A stretch of DNA of 58,415 nucleotides from an uncultured beta proteobacterium. Its GTDB lineage: Bacteria; Pseudomonadota; Gammaproteobacteria; Burkholderiales; Burkholderiaceae. The notes beneath the pieces were generated by a model. The model saw only the letters and a program-made list of their open reading frames with translations, searched no databases and had not been told where the DNA came from. The stretch's first letter is position 1. Every line of letters starts with the position of its first letter. This document shows positions 9,142-21,067 of this stretch, one piece after another. The stretch covers positions 1-58,415 of the forward strand of contig CAILUH010000163.1 of the NCBI GenBank assembly GCA_903837335.1. Direction: 5' to 3'. Made by a program: the position numbers and the translations under genes.

Positions 9142-11088
9142 CTAGGGTGTATACCGTACGCCAGCAAAAATATTAGAACCCGGCGTGAGGTATCCATAGG
9201 ATAGCTGGTATTGGTTATTTAAAGCGTTATTCCAGCGGGCAAATAAAGACCATTTAGGCTGAATTTCATAGCTCGCATATAAATCCAGCAGAGCATAAGA
9301 AGACATCGTCACGGTATTGCTCGCATTGCCGTAACGTTGACCGGCGATGGTTAAATTTGCGCCAGCATTGAACTTCCCTCGACGGTATTCGCTACCCAGG
9401 TTAGCTAATTGCTTGGCTCGGTTAGGTAATGCTAATCCCGTATTTTGGTCAACTGCATTCAGTAAGTCGAGTGAAGCTTTTAAGTTCCAGTGCTCTAACT
9501 GAGTATTGGCGCCCAATGAGGCGCCGGTAATATTGACCGAGGCAAAATTAGTGGGGCAATAGCCGCTGGCTTTCGAGGTGCATGGCAAGGCTTGAATTAA
9601 GTTTTGTACTTTGTTCTGATAGCCGACTAAATGGAGTTCATAATTTCCCGGCTCATAATGGAGACCCGCTTCAGCGTTGCGATTCGTTTCGGGTTGGACG
9701 TTAGGGGTGCCATAGCCAGGATAGTAGAGGTCGTTAAAGGTTGGCGCTCTAAAGCCTGTGCCGTAGTTCACATTAGCGCGCAACGCTTTAGTCAGAAAAT
9801 AACCATAAGCACCGCTATAGGTAAAGATGGGTCCGTACCCCGTAATCGTGTCATTACGAACTGCTAGGGTGGCTAAATTATTGCCCCGATTTAATTGATA
9901 CGATCCTGCAGCAGAATTAGTCGTACGGGATGCATTAATGTTAGTGGTGTTGGCGTATTGCACCAGACGCTCGACCATTACTTGTAACGTATCGGGACCG
10001 AGTTTGATATCGTTCTTCCATAAAAAATCATTTTGTGGACTGCTAATACTTTCATTGCTATTCGTAGTTAAATTTTGTCCAAAATTCGATGTATTCGATA
10101 ATTGGATAAAGCTCTCCCAATTCTCTGTAATTTGATTACGCGCAAATACGGTTGCGATCGATAAGTTATTTACTTGAGAATTAATTTCCGGCAAAGAGGC
10201 ATCGTAGTCGTAGCCAGGATATTGATAGTTTGTTCTGCTTGCCAGCACTTTCACGCCAAATTCTTGGCCTTTTTGCCACTCATGAGATACCTGCCCTGTA
10301 ACACCAAGACGCGTATAGCCTGTGCGGGTTGTTGGGTAGCCCGGCGCACAATAATTTTTGCTTGCATTGGCTGCACTACAGGGGTTAGTAGATGCAACAG
10401 TATTGAAGCCCATTGAGTTCTCTTGGCTTAGTCCTAGGTTGTAACGGGTTGGCTTATCTTCACCCACCGAACCTGATACTGAGGCCGTATTAATGGTGGT
10501 GCCATAAGTGCCATAACCACTTGAGGCACTAAATTGCGCAGGACCATCGCCCCGTTTAGTAAAAATTTGAATTACACCACCAAGGGCATCTTGACCATAG
10601 AACGTACTTTGCGGACCAAAGATAATTTCAATATGGTCAATTAATTGAATTGGAATTGCGCTCCATACTGCGCCACCTAGAGTTGACGACTCTGTACGGA
10701 CGCCATCAATTAAAACGAGACTTTGGTTATTACTGGTGCCACGTAAATAGACGCTAGCTAAACCGCCTGGCCCGCCGTAAGTTGAAATTTGCACGCCCCG
10801 TTGCTGTTGCAAAAGTTCGGGCACACTCATTTGGCCTGCTTGCGCAATTTCTTCGGGCCCAATATAAACATAGTCGGCTAAGACATCGGCACCCTTAGTT
10901 GGGGTGCGGGTAGCGCTAACGATAAGGGGTTTGGTTGCATTCGGTTGGTTAATAATCGCTACTGAACTATCAGCGGCGGTTTGCCCGGTCGAGCTGACGC
11001 TAGTGACGCAGAGTATGGCAAATAAGCAAATACGTAAAAATGCGCTGCCTGCATAAGACGCACTAGCAATAAAAGAAAAATACTGCAT
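9142..11088 (-). CDS. btuB: TonB-dependent vitamin B12 receptor
   Basis: Plug motifs (YLRGTSNNQSLVLIDG, IDHIEIIFGP) and barrel (GFRAPTFNDLYYP); first gene behind a cobalamin riboswitch. Confidence 0.9.
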   Translation of the reverse strand: MQYFSFIASASYAGSAFLRICLFAILCVTSVSSTGQTAADSSVAIINQPNATKPLIVSATRTPTKGADVLADYVYIGPEEIAQAGQMSVPELLQQQRGVQISTYGGPGGLASVYLRGTSNNQSLVLIDGVRTESSTLGGAVWSAIPIQLIDHIEIIFGPQSTFYGQDALGGVIQIFTKRGDGPAQFSASSGYGTYGTTINTASVSGSVGEDKPTRYNLGLSQENSMGFNTVASTNPCSAANASKNYCAPGYPTTRTGYTRLGVTGQVSHEWQKGQEFGVKVLASRTNYQYPGYDYDASLPEINSQVNNLSIATVFARNQITENWESFIQLSNTSNFGQNLTTNSNESISSPQNDFLWKNDIKLGPDTLQVMVERLVQYANTTNINASRTTNSAAGSYQLNRGNNLATLAVRNDTITGYGPIFTYSGAYGYFLTKALRANVNYGTGFRAPTFNDLYYPGYGTPNVQPETNRNAEAGLHYEPGNYELHLVGYQNKVQNLIQALPCTSKASGYCPTNFASVNITGASLGANTQLEHWNLKASLDLLNAVDQNTGLALPNRAKQLANLGSEYRRGKFNAGANLTIAGQRYGNASNTVTMSSYALLDLYASYEIQPKWSLFARWNNALNNQYQLSYGYLTPGSNIFAGVRYTP

Positions 11089-11259
11089 GGTAAAAATCCT
11101 GCACCAAGAACACTAAGCCAACTTCCCCGTTAGCCGAGTCGAACAGAATTTTGAATGAAGAGATAACACGTCAATAGAGCATGGCGCGATGCAAACAGTA
11201 AACATACGCAACCATTGCTACGATTGGCGCGCGAAACTCCCCGTCCGCAAAAATTCCAC

Positions 11260-11472
11260 CTGTCTTGGCCGGTATCCGGGCTAACGAGTTTCAGTAATTT
11301 GGCCTTCCCATGCATTGACTTACACAGTGGCTTATTCAAATTCTGCGCATCAATCAGATACTCTTTAATTGACACACTCGCTTACCGTTGCGGGGGCAGC
11401 ACACGTTTGTATAGTGTTTCCCGTTTAACCTTTTAACCTAATTTCACTAGATTAAATGGCACCACGACCAAA
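11260..11472 (-). ncRNA. Cobalamin (AdoCbl) riboswitch
   Basis: Minus strand reads GGTGC...AAACGGGAA...CTGCCCCCGCAACGGTAA...GCCACTG...GGGAAGGC...AGCCCGGATACCGGCC (B12 box), upstream of btuB. Boundaries approximate. Confidence 0.93.
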
Positions 11473-11574
11473 TTATTTTACCTGATTCTGAGAACGGTTC
11501 TACAATAGTGGAATCGGACTTCATTGGCCTCGAACAGAGGCCCGCAAGGGGATGGCTGCTTAGTTCAAATATTC

Positions 11575-12192
11575 ATGACCATACTTGATAAACATCCTGA
11601 AAAAAACCTCATTCGCTTACAGTTAAGTCAGAATGTCATTTTGCAGCATCTTGATTCGGCGAGCATGATGGAGTTAGAAGGGCATCTAGAAATTGCTGAC
11701 TTAAAGAAAACTGAAATCCTCTTGCATCAAGGCGATACTCAAATGGAGCAGTATTTTGTGCTCGATGGAATTTTGAAGCGGATTGTTTCTAGCGCCGACG
11801 CAAAAGAAATGATTTTGCGGTTTGCCATAGAAAAAGATATCGAAACTAGTTATGCTGCTTGGCGGCTGAAAACTGCCGCCCCCTACACGATTGCTTGCGT
11901 TACCAGGGCACGCGTTGCACGCATGCCTTTAAAAAAATGGGTCGATTTTTTAGATCAGCATCAGGTGATTAAAGATAGCTTTGAATTCGAAGTCATGCGT
12001 TTAATGAGCGAAATCATGGCCCATACCATCACCTTGCATATGCTCGATGCCCCTGGGCGAGTAGAGCGTTTTGTCCGGAAGTATTTTTACTTATTTGAGT
12101 TACTCCCTAAAAAAGAGCTCGCATCCTACCTCAACTTATCTCCCGAGACCTTAAGTCGCTTAAAAATTAAGCACAAAGACCTTTTTTTGTAG
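11575..12192 (+). CDS. Crp/Fnr-family transcriptional regulator
   Basis: cNMP-binding-like domain plus C-terminal HTH ELASYLNLSPETLSR; no FNR Cys cluster. ATG 11575 preferred over TTG 11524. Confidence 0.87.
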   Translation: MTILDKHPEKNLIRLQLSQNVILQHLDSASMMELEGHLEIADLKKTEILLHQGDTQMEQYFVLDGILKRIVSSADAKEMILRFAIEKDIETSYAAWRLKTAAPYTIACVTRARVARMPLKKWVDFLDQHQVIKDSFEFEVMRLMSEIMAHTITLHMLDAPGRVERFVRKYFYLFELLPKKELASYLNLSPETLSRLKIKHKDLFL

Positions 12193-12241
12193 GCATGCCG
12201 CAGGCCCAAATTGGGCAATTCAAGGGCGATTTTGGGCTAAC

Positions 12242-12283
12242 TTGACCTAAGTCAATGTTCTTAGAGGTGCCTAAGCCTAAGAT
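12242..12283 (+). promoter_or_regulatory. Crp/Fnr-type operator TTGAC-N4-GTCAA with a -10 TAAGAT (class II geometry) upstream of oxc
   Basis: Palindromic half-sites at 12242-12255 and TAAGAT at 12278-12283 place the site centre at about -41.5. Confidence 0.7.
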
Positions 12284-12364
12284 CAAGACCCTGCAATAAA
12301 ATCGTCTTTGCTTGGGGGGTATATCCAGGCCAAATACCTAATAAATAAACATACTTATAAATAT

Positions 12365-14077
12365 ATGACAAACGATACGCAATCACCAACATTAACCGAT
12401 GGCTTTCATCTTGTAATTGATGCCCTCAAACTCAACGATATTCATACTATTTTTGGCTTGGTAGGTATACCGATTACGGACTTAGCACGCTTGGCGCAGG
12501 CTGAAGGCATGCGCTTCATTGGCTTTCGCCATGAACAGCATGCTGGTAATGCGGCTGCCATTGCGGGTTACATGACGCAAAAGCCAGGTATTTGTTTAAC
12601 TGTTTCAGCCCCTGGTTTTTTAAATGGCCTTACTGCTCTGGCGAATGCCACGACCAATTGTTTTCCCATGATCTTAATTAGCGGCTCGAGTGAGCGTGAA
12701 ATCGTGGATTTACAGCAGGGCGATTATGAAGAAATGGATCAATTAAATAATGCGCGTCCTTATGCTAAAGCGTCCTATCGAATTAACCGAGCAGAAGACA
12801 TTGGCATTGGTATTGCCCGAGCGATAAGAGCAGCAGTTTCTGGACGTCCTGGCGGCGTTTATTTAGATCTACCAGCAGAGTTATTGGGGCAATCGATTGA
12901 CGCCGAAAAGGGTAAAAAATCGTTAGTGAAAGTAGTTGATCCAGTGCCCCGTCAAATTCCAGCGCCGGATGCGATTCAACGCGCAGTTGATTTGATCAAA
13001 GGTGCAAAACGCCCCCTCATTTTATTGGGTAAAGGCGCAGCGTACGCGCAAGCTGATGCTGAGATACGTCAGTTTGTGGAGCTGTCTGGAATACCTTACT
13101 TACCGATGTCAATGGCTAAGGGTTTGTTGCCTGATACCCATCCCCAATGTGTTTCGGCTACTCGCTCTTACGTCTTGGCTGAGTCTGATGTGGTGATTCT
13201 GATTGGTGCCCGCTTGAATTGGTTGTTGGCGCATGGCAAAGGCAAGACGTGGGGTGGAGTACCTAAGCAATTTATTCAGATTGATATTTCCCCTACAGAA
13301 ATTGATAGCAATGTTGCCATTGCGGCGCCGTTAATTGGTGATGTGGGTTCTTGCGTTACGGCATTGCTAGCAGCCATGGGCACGAATTTCCCGCGGCCAA
13401 ATGATGCTTGGATTGGAGATATTACCGATCGTAAAGATAAAAATATCGCCAAGATGGCGGTGACATTAGAGCAAAATCCAACCCCAATGAATTTTCATAG
13501 TGCTTTACGGGCGATTCGTGACGTGCTGAAAACGCGACCCGATATTAATGTGGTCAATGAAGGTGCTAACACGCTTGATTTTGCGCGCAGCATTATCAAT
13601 ATGTACCAACCTCGCAAGCGCTTTGATTCTGGTACCTGGGGAATTATGGGTATTGGCATGGGCTACGCCATTGGCGCTGCGGTAACGAGCGGACTACCAG
13701 TGGTAGCAATTGAAGGCGATAGCGCTTTTGGTTTTAGTGGGATGGAACTGGAAACAATCTGTCGTTATAACTTACCCGTCACTACCATAGTGTTCAATAA
13801 CAATGGCGTATACCGCGGTACCGATGTCAATCCAACGGGCGGAGCAGATGTTGCGCCTACCGTATTTGTTAAAGGCATTCGCTACGACAAAATGATTGAA
13901 GCATTTGGCGGTATTGGCTATAACGTAACGACGCCAGAAGAGTTAACTAAGGCGCTTACTGCTGCGATTGCTGCTGGCAAACCCGCTTTAATTAATGCAG
14001 TGATTGATGAGACTGCGGGCACAGAAAGCGGCCGCTTAACGAATCTAAATCCATCTAGCGCCGCAACGAAGAAATAA
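12365..14077 (+). CDS. oxc: Oxalyl-CoA decarboxylase
   Basis: [34 protein letters not shown], ThDP motif [13 protein letters not shown]-terminal GTESGR. Confidence 0.96.
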   Translation: MTNDTQSPTLTDGFHLVIDALKLNDIHTIFGLVGIPITDLARLAQAEGMRFIGFRHEQHAGNAAAIAGYMTQKPGICLTVSAPGFLNGLTALANATTNCFPMILISGSSEREIVDLQQGDYEEMDQLNNARPYAKASYRINRAEDIGIGIARAIRAAVSGRPGGVYLDLPAELLGQSIDAEKGKKSLVKVVDPVPRQIPAPDAIQRAVDLIKGAKRPLILLGKGAAYAQADAEIRQFVELSGIPYLPMSMAKGLLPDTHPQCVSATRSYVLAESDVVILIGARLNWLLAHGKGKTWGGVPKQFIQIDISPTEIDSNVAIAAPLIGDVGSCVTALLAAMGTNFPRPNDAWIGDITDRKDKNIAKMAVTLEQNPTPMNFHSALRAIRDVLKTRPDINVVNEGANTLDFARSIINMYQPRKRFDSGTWGIMGIGMGYAIGAAVTSGLPVVAIEGDSAFGFSGMELETICRYNLPVTTIVFNNNGVYRGTDVNPTGGADVAPTVFVKGIRYDKMIEAFGGIGYNVTTPEELTKALTAAIAAGKPALINAVIDETAGTESGRLTNLNPSSAATKK

Positions 14078-14117
14078 TTATTTATCACTCAAGCTCATAA
14101 AACCAAGGAAAAGTAAG

Positions 14118-15368
14118 ATGACCAAACCCTTAGACGGTATTCGCATTATTGACTTCACCCATGTACAGGCTGGACCTGCTTGTACTCAGCTATTGGCTTG
14201 GTATGGTGCTGATGTGATTAAAGTCGAGCGCCCCGGCTCTGGTGATGTAACGCGCAGTCAATTGCGCGATATCCCCGATGCTGATGCTTTGTATTTCACG
14301 ATGCTCAATGGCAATAAACGCTCATTAACTTTAGATACTAAAACACCAGAAGGTAAAGCTGTTTTAGAAAAAATGATCAAAACCTCTGATGTCATGGTGG
14401 AAAACTTTGGTCCAGGTGCACTCGACCGGATGGGCTTTAGTTGGGCGCGCATTCAAGAGCTGAACCCCAAAATGATTTTGGCTTCAGTCAAGGGCTTTAG
14501 TGATGGCCATTCTTATGAAGATTTAAAAGTCTATGAAAACGTGGCCCAATGTGCCGGCGGTGCTGCTTCAACTACCGGTTTTTGGGATGGTCCCCCGACA
14601 GTTTCCGCAGCTGCCTTAGGCGATAGCAATACTGGTATGCATTTAGCCATTGGTATTTTGACCGCCTTAATGCAACGGCAGAAAACGGGTAAAGGGCAAA
14701 AAGTTTCCTGCTCGATGCAAGATGCAGTATTAAATTTGTGTCGCGTTAAATTGCGCGATCAACAGCGTCTCGATAAAATTGGTTATCTTGAAGAGTATCC
14801 ACAGTACCCTCATGGCACATTCTCCGATGTCGTGCCTCGTGGTGGCAATGCTGGCGGTGGCGGACAACCAGGGTGGGTGTTGAAATGTAAAGGTTGGGAA
14901 ACAGATCCTAATGCCTATATCTATTTCACGATTCAAGGTCACGCATGGGAGCCCATTACTGCTGCCATTGGTAAACCAGAGTGGGCAACCGATCCTGCTT
15001 ATATGACAGCCCAAGCACGTCAAGATAAGATTTTTGATATCTTTGCCACGATTGAAGATTGGCTTAAAGACAAAACAAAATACGAAGCTGTGGATATCTT
15101 GCGTAAATTTGATATTCCGTGCGCTCCAGTTTTCTCGATGAAAGAGTTAGCGAACTCACCTGATTTACGCAAGAGTGGCTCCATTGTTGAGGTTGATCAC
15201 AAAGTACGTGGCAAGTATTTAACAATCGGCAGCCCAATTAAGTTCTCTGATTTAGAAATTGAAGTCAAGCCTTCACCTGTATTGGGCGAGCATACCGATG
15301 AGGTATTGGCTGATCTGGGCTATGGCGCTGAAGAAATTTCTCAATTACATGCCGCTAAAGCAGTTTAA
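14118..15368 (+). CDS. frc: Formyl-CoA:oxalate CoA-transferase
   Basis: [13 protein letters not shown], catalytic Asp in [10 protein letters not shown], tetraglycine loop [11 protein letters not shown]. Confidence 0.95.
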   Translation: MTKPLDGIRIIDFTHVQAGPACTQLLAWYGADVIKVERPGSGDVTRSQLRDIPDADALYFTMLNGNKRSLTLDTKTPEGKAVLEKMIKTSDVMVENFGPGALDRMGFSWARIQELNPKMILASVKGFSDGHSYEDLKVYENVAQCAGGAASTTGFWDGPPTVSAAALGDSNTGMHLAIGILTALMQRQKTGKGQKVSCSMQDAVLNLCRVKLRDQQRLDKIGYLEEYPQYPHGTFSDVVPRGGNAGGGGQPGWVLKCKGWETDPNAYIYFTIQGHAWEPITAAIGKPEWATDPAYMTAQARQDKIFDIFATIEDWLKDKTKYEAVDILRKFDIPCAPVFSMKELANSPDLRKSGSIVEVDHKVRGKYLTIGSPIKFSDLEIEVKPSPVLGEHTDEVLADLGYGAEEISQLHAAKAV

Positions 15369-15393
15369 ATTCCTTAGTTCATTGATCTAACGT

Positions 15394-15422
15394 AAAAAGG
15401 CGTCTTTTATAGACGCCTTTTT
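15394..15422 (+). terminator. Rho-independent terminator after frc (possibly bidirectional)
   Basis: AAAAAGGCGTCT-TTTAT-AGACGCCTTTTT hairpin. Confidence 0.8.
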
Positions 15423-15451
15423 CATCGAATACCAATTAGAATTTCGACACG

Positions 15452-15874
15452 ATGAAAACACCAGTGGATTTAGCGCAGTTAGTTGAGGTGATGGGAGACG
15501 CCATGATTGTTGCTGATCGGGCTGGCAAAATTATTTTATGGAATGCCGCAGCGACGCGAATCTTTGGTTTTAGTGAAGCTGAGGCTCTTGGACAGTCATT
15601 GACTCTAATCACTCCAGAGCGCTTGCAGCATCGTCATAATGTGGGCTTTGATAAGTCGATGGAAACAGGCACTACTCGTTATGGCAGCACGCTTTTAAAG
15701 GTGCCCGCGAACCATAAGGACGGGCGGACCATCTCAATTGCATTTACCGTAGCCATGCTGTTTGATGAGGCCCATCAAGTAACTGGGGTAGCAGCGGTTA
15801 TCCGCGATGAAACCGAGCGCTTTTTCGAAGAACGACAACTCAAGCAGCGTTTAGCAGCCCTCGAGCCTAAATAG
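15452..15874 (+). CDS. Stand-alone PAS-domain protein
   Basis: DAMIVADRAGKIILWNAAATRIFGFSEAEALG PAS pattern ending in IRDETER; no output domain. Confidence 0.88.
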   Translation: MKTPVDLAQLVEVMGDAMIVADRAGKIILWNAAATRIFGFSEAEALGQSLTLITPERLQHRHNVGFDKSMETGTTRYGSTLLKVPANHKDGRTISIAFTVAMLFDEAHQVTGVAAVIRDETERFFEERQLKQRLAALEPK

Positions 15875-15970
15875 CTTGATGCAAGCAACCCTTTATCCCA
15901 TCTATACCTAAGTTACACACATTAACTTTAGGCTAAAATGGCATTTTTGTGACATTTTAGGATTAGAGCA

Positions 15971-17218
15971 ATGGCCAAAGCGCTGGATGGTGTAAAAATT
16001 TTGGATTTCACGCATGTGCAATCGGGTCCAACGTGCACCCAATTGTTAGCTTGGTTTGGCGCAGACGTAATTAAAGTCGAGCGCTCGGGTGAGGGCGATG
16101 CAACTCGCGGTCAACTGCGGGATGTGCCTGATGCGGATAGTTTGTATTTCACCATGCTGAATCACAATAAACGCTCGCTAACGGTGAATACCAAAACCCC
16201 CGAAGGGAAAGAAATCCTTGAGCGCTTAATTAAGCAATGCGATGTCCTCGTTGAAAATTTTGCTCCGGGCGCACTTGATCGAATGGGTTTTACCTGGGAA
16301 CGCATTCAAGAGCTAAATCCTAAAATGATTATGGCCTCAGTAAAAGGTTTTGGTCCTGGTCCATTTGAAGATTGTAAGGTGTATGAAAACGTCGCCCAAT
16401 GTGCGGGTGGCTCTGCTTCGACTACGGGTTTTGATGATGGCCCGCCCACTGTCACTGGCGCACAAATTGGTGATAGCGGTACGGGCTTGCATCTGGCATT
16501 AGGTATTGTTACTGCCTTATATCAACGCACCCATTCTGGCAAAGGTCAAAAAGTATTAGCAGCCATGCAAGATGCAGTCTTAAATTTATGTCGCGTGAAG
16601 TTGCGCGATCAGCAGCGCCTAGATCGCACAGGCGTGATGAAAGAATATCCGCAATTTCCTAATGGCCACTTTGGCGACGCAGTGCCGCGCTCGGGAAATG
16701 CTTCTGGTGGTGGGCAGCCCGGCTGGATTTTGAAGTGTAAAGGCTGGGAGACTGATCCTAATTCCTATATTTATGTTGTCGTGCAAGCGCCTGTATGGGA
16801 TGGAATTTGCAAAGTGATCGGTCGCGAAGACTGGATTACCGACCCTGATTACGCTAAACCAGTCGCACGCTTACCAAGGCTAATGACTATTTTTGCTGAA
16901 ATTGAAAAATGGACGATTCAGCATTCGAAATTTGATGTGATGAATACCTTGAATAAATACGATGTGCCATGCGGCCCAATTTTATCGATGAAAGAATTGG
17001 CCGAAGAGCCAGCTTTGCGGGCTACTGGCACGATTGTTGAAGTCGATCATCCAGTACGCGGTAAATACCTCACAGTTGGTAATCCAATCAAAATGTCGGA
17101 TAGCATTACTGAAGTGACTCGCTCACCTTTACTGGGCGAACATACCGACGAAATTCTCCGAGAGTTGGGTTTTAGCTTAGAAGAGTTAACTGCTTTACGT
17201 GCTAAGGAAGTTATTTAG
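15971..17218 (+). CDS. frc: Formyl-CoA transferase, second paralogue
   Basis: [34 protein letters not shown]; clearly paralogous to 14118..15368. Confidence 0.92.
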   Translation: MAKALDGVKILDFTHVQSGPTCTQLLAWFGADVIKVERSGEGDATRGQLRDVPDADSLYFTMLNHNKRSLTVNTKTPEGKEILERLIKQCDVLVENFAPGALDRMGFTWERIQELNPKMIMASVKGFGPGPFEDCKVYENVAQCAGGSASTTGFDDGPPTVTGAQIGDSGTGLHLALGIVTALYQRTHSGKGQKVLAAMQDAVLNLCRVKLRDQQRLDRTGVMKEYPQFPNGHFGDAVPRSGNASGGGQPGWILKCKGWETDPNSYIYVVVQAPVWDGICKVIGREDWITDPDYAKPVARLPRLMTIFAEIEKWTIQHSKFDVMNTLNKYDVPCGPILSMKELAEEPALRATGTIVEVDHPVRGKYLTVGNPIKMSDSITEVTRSPLLGEHTDEILRELGFSLEELTALRAKEVI

Positions 17219-17258
17219 GCAACAGTTTCATTTGGTAGATTAATCCAAGGGGTGTTGT

Positions 17259-18206
17259 ATGCGCATTGCTTTAATTGGTAGTCAAGATTTTGGTAAGGCA
17301 GCATTAGAGGCTTTTCTAAAGCGTGGCGATGAAGTGGTGGCCGTTTTTTGTCCGCCCGATAATCCCAAGTCGAGCAAGCCCGAGGTGCTTAAGGAAGCCA
17401 CTATAGCGCTAGGCTTAAAACCTTTGCAATTTGCTTCGCTCAAATCTCCTGAAGCTGCACAAGCCTTAGCCGACAGCAAAGCTGAAATTGGTGTGATGGC
17501 TTATGTGCTGCAATTTGTGCCGCAAGAATTTGTGCAAATTCCTAAATTTGGCATGATTCAGTATCACCCTTCATTGCTCCCCCGATATCGCGGGCCTAGC
17601 GCAATAAACTGGGCCATTGCCTTAGGTGAAACTAAAACGGGCTTAACGATATTTCGGCCCAGCGATGGCTTGGATGAGGGCGCTGTTATCTTGCAAAAAG
17701 AGGTGGCCATTGGACCTAACGATAGTTTGGGCAAAGTGTATTTTGATCACCTCTTTCCCTTGGGTATCGCCGCATTAATGGAGGCCGCTGATTTGGTCGT
17801 GGCAGGTAAGCATAGCGAGCAAATGCAAGATGAATCGCAAGCCAATTATGAGGGTTGGTTTGATCAGGCGGCTACCCGTATCTACTGGACCTCGCATCTA
17901 CAGCGCATTTATGATTTGATTCGGGCTGCAAACCCAGCGCCTGGTGCATGGACAAGCTTTGGTGGTGAAAAAATCACCATTTTCGACGCAGCTAAGCATG
18001 TGACCCGGACCTATTCAGCAGTCCGTGGCAAGCCTGGAGTAATAACGGAAATGGGTCCGCAGAGTATTTTCATTGCCTGTCATGGCGGAGAAATTGAAGT
18101 ATTAAAAGCCAAGTCAGCCAAAGTAGCGAATGGTAGCAAGGTCTCCGGAGCTGAATTAGCAGTTGGCTTAGGTTTACAGCTTTGTCAAAGCCTAGATCTT
18201 TCTTAG
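17259..18206 (+). CDS. Formyltransferase-family protein (Fmt-like fold, closest in motifs to the 10-formyl-THF dehydrogenase N-terminal domain)
   Basis: YHPSLLPRYRGPSAINW, GLTIF..DGLDEG, LFPLG, YEG, and C-terminal IRAANPAPGAW. Confidence 0.85.
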   Translation: MRIALIGSQDFGKAALEAFLKRGDEVVAVFCPPDNPKSSKPEVLKEATIALGLKPLQFASLKSPEAAQALADSKAEIGVMAYVLQFVPQEFVQIPKFGMIQYHPSLLPRYRGPSAINWAIALGETKTGLTIFRPSDGLDEGAVILQKEVAIGPNDSLGKVYFDHLFPLGIAALMEAADLVVAGKHSEQMQDESQANYEGWFDQAATRIYWTSHLQRIYDLIRAANPAPGAWTSFGGEKITIFDAAKHVTRTYSAVRGKPGVITEMGPQSIFIACHGGEIEVLKAKSAKVANGSKVSGAELAVGLGLQLCQSLDLS

Positions 18207-18231
18207 CAAAACTGCTGATCACATTACTTAT

Positions 18232-19086
18232 TTGACGATGTTATCGGTGAAATCGATTGCATCTATCGTTGTTTTTATTGCCTGGCAGGCCATCTCTTGC
18301 TCGGCTTTTGGCCAAAGCAAACTGCCTGAAGAGGTCGTTTTTGTGCCGAAAAAATTGTTTTTAGGATCGGTTGCACTGGAAACCACCATCTTTAAGCCGG
18401 TTGGTGATGGACCTTTTCCTTTGGTCATCATTAATCACGGTAAAGCGAATGGCTTAACCCAATTTCAGGCGAGGTATCGGCCCCTATCACCGGTGCGGTA
18501 TTTCTTGGAGCGTAATTACGTCGTCTTCGTACCCATGCGTCAAGGATTTTCTAAGTCGAGTGGACATTACATGGGCGGCGGCTGCAGCATGGAGGCGAAT
18601 GGGCTCAATCAAGCAGAAGATATTCCGCCAGTGATTACTTTTGCGCATCAACTTCCTTATATCGATAAGACACGGACGTTAATTGTTGGTCAGTCGCATG
18701 GCGGCTGGACCACGCTTGCCTACGGCGCAAGTAAACCCGACCCATCGGTGAAGGGCCTGATTAATTTTGCTGGCGGCTTAAGAAGGGAGGGCTGTGGTGA
18801 CTGGCAAAGCGATTTATATAAAACAGCCGGCATATTTGGTCAGGAAACTACGCTTCCAAGCCTCTGGTTATATGGTGATAATGACAGTTATTTCAGCCGC
18901 CAATTGTCAGATCTCATGTTTGCAAACTATCATCGCGGTAACCCAAATGCAAAATTGATTAACTATGGCAGCTTTGGCTCAGACTCTCATCTACTTTTTA
19001 CCAGCACCGATGGAAAGATAATTTGGCAACCTTATGTCAATCAATTTTTAGAAAGCCTTGGACTGCCAAGTAAAGTAGTCAATTAG
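18232..19086 (+). CDS. Secreted dienelactone-hydrolase-like alpha/beta hydrolase
   Basis: Signal-like N-terminus, GPFPLVIINHG, nucleophile GQSHGG, YGDNDSYF, DSH. Confidence 0.8.
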   Translation: MTMLSVKSIASIVVFIAWQAISCSAFGQSKLPEEVVFVPKKLFLGSVALETTIFKPVGDGPFPLVIINHGKANGLTQFQARYRPLSPVRYFLERNYVVFVPMRQGFSKSSGHYMGGGCSMEANGLNQAEDIPPVITFAHQLPYIDKTRTLIVGQSHGGWTTLAYGASKPDPSVKGLINFAGGLRREGCGDWQSDLYKTAGIFGQETTLPSLWLYGDNDSYFSRQLSDLMFANYHRGNPNAKLINYGSFGSDSHLLFTSTDGKIIWQPYVNQFLESLGLPSKVVN

Positions 19087-19090
19087 CTGC

Positions 19091-20773
<1,683 letters not shown>

Positions 20774-20781
<8 letters not shown>

Positions 20782-20962
20782 TCGAGTAGACGTAAGCGCG
20801 TTGCCTTATTTTTGCCTCAAGGGCGCGACGCTGATCTTCTGCACTGATTGGTTTTTTATCCCAAAGTAAGGCACGCCCCTCTTGCTGGCCTGCCTCTAAA
20901 TTGGGACGATCGGCCTTTAGTTGCGTTAAAAAGCGGGTGATATCGGACTGATATTTTTTCAT
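20774..20962 (-). CDS. DUF3460-like small conserved betaproteobacterial protein
   Basis: YQSDITRFL..LK..P.LE..Q..GRALLWDK pattern, in the usual position upstream of scpA. Confidence 0.75.
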
Positions 20963-21067
20963 GGGAATGCAAATTTCTTAATGTTTTCAGTAACTTATGG
21001 TAATTAATACGGGCTTTACTGCTTTACCAACCCACCATTATTAACGATTTTGCGATCCCTCAAGGGC

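Noticed and set aside
11130-11436. ORFs of 81 and 73 aa upstream of btuB
   Set aside because: They overlap the cobalamin riboswitch and leader and show no protein features.
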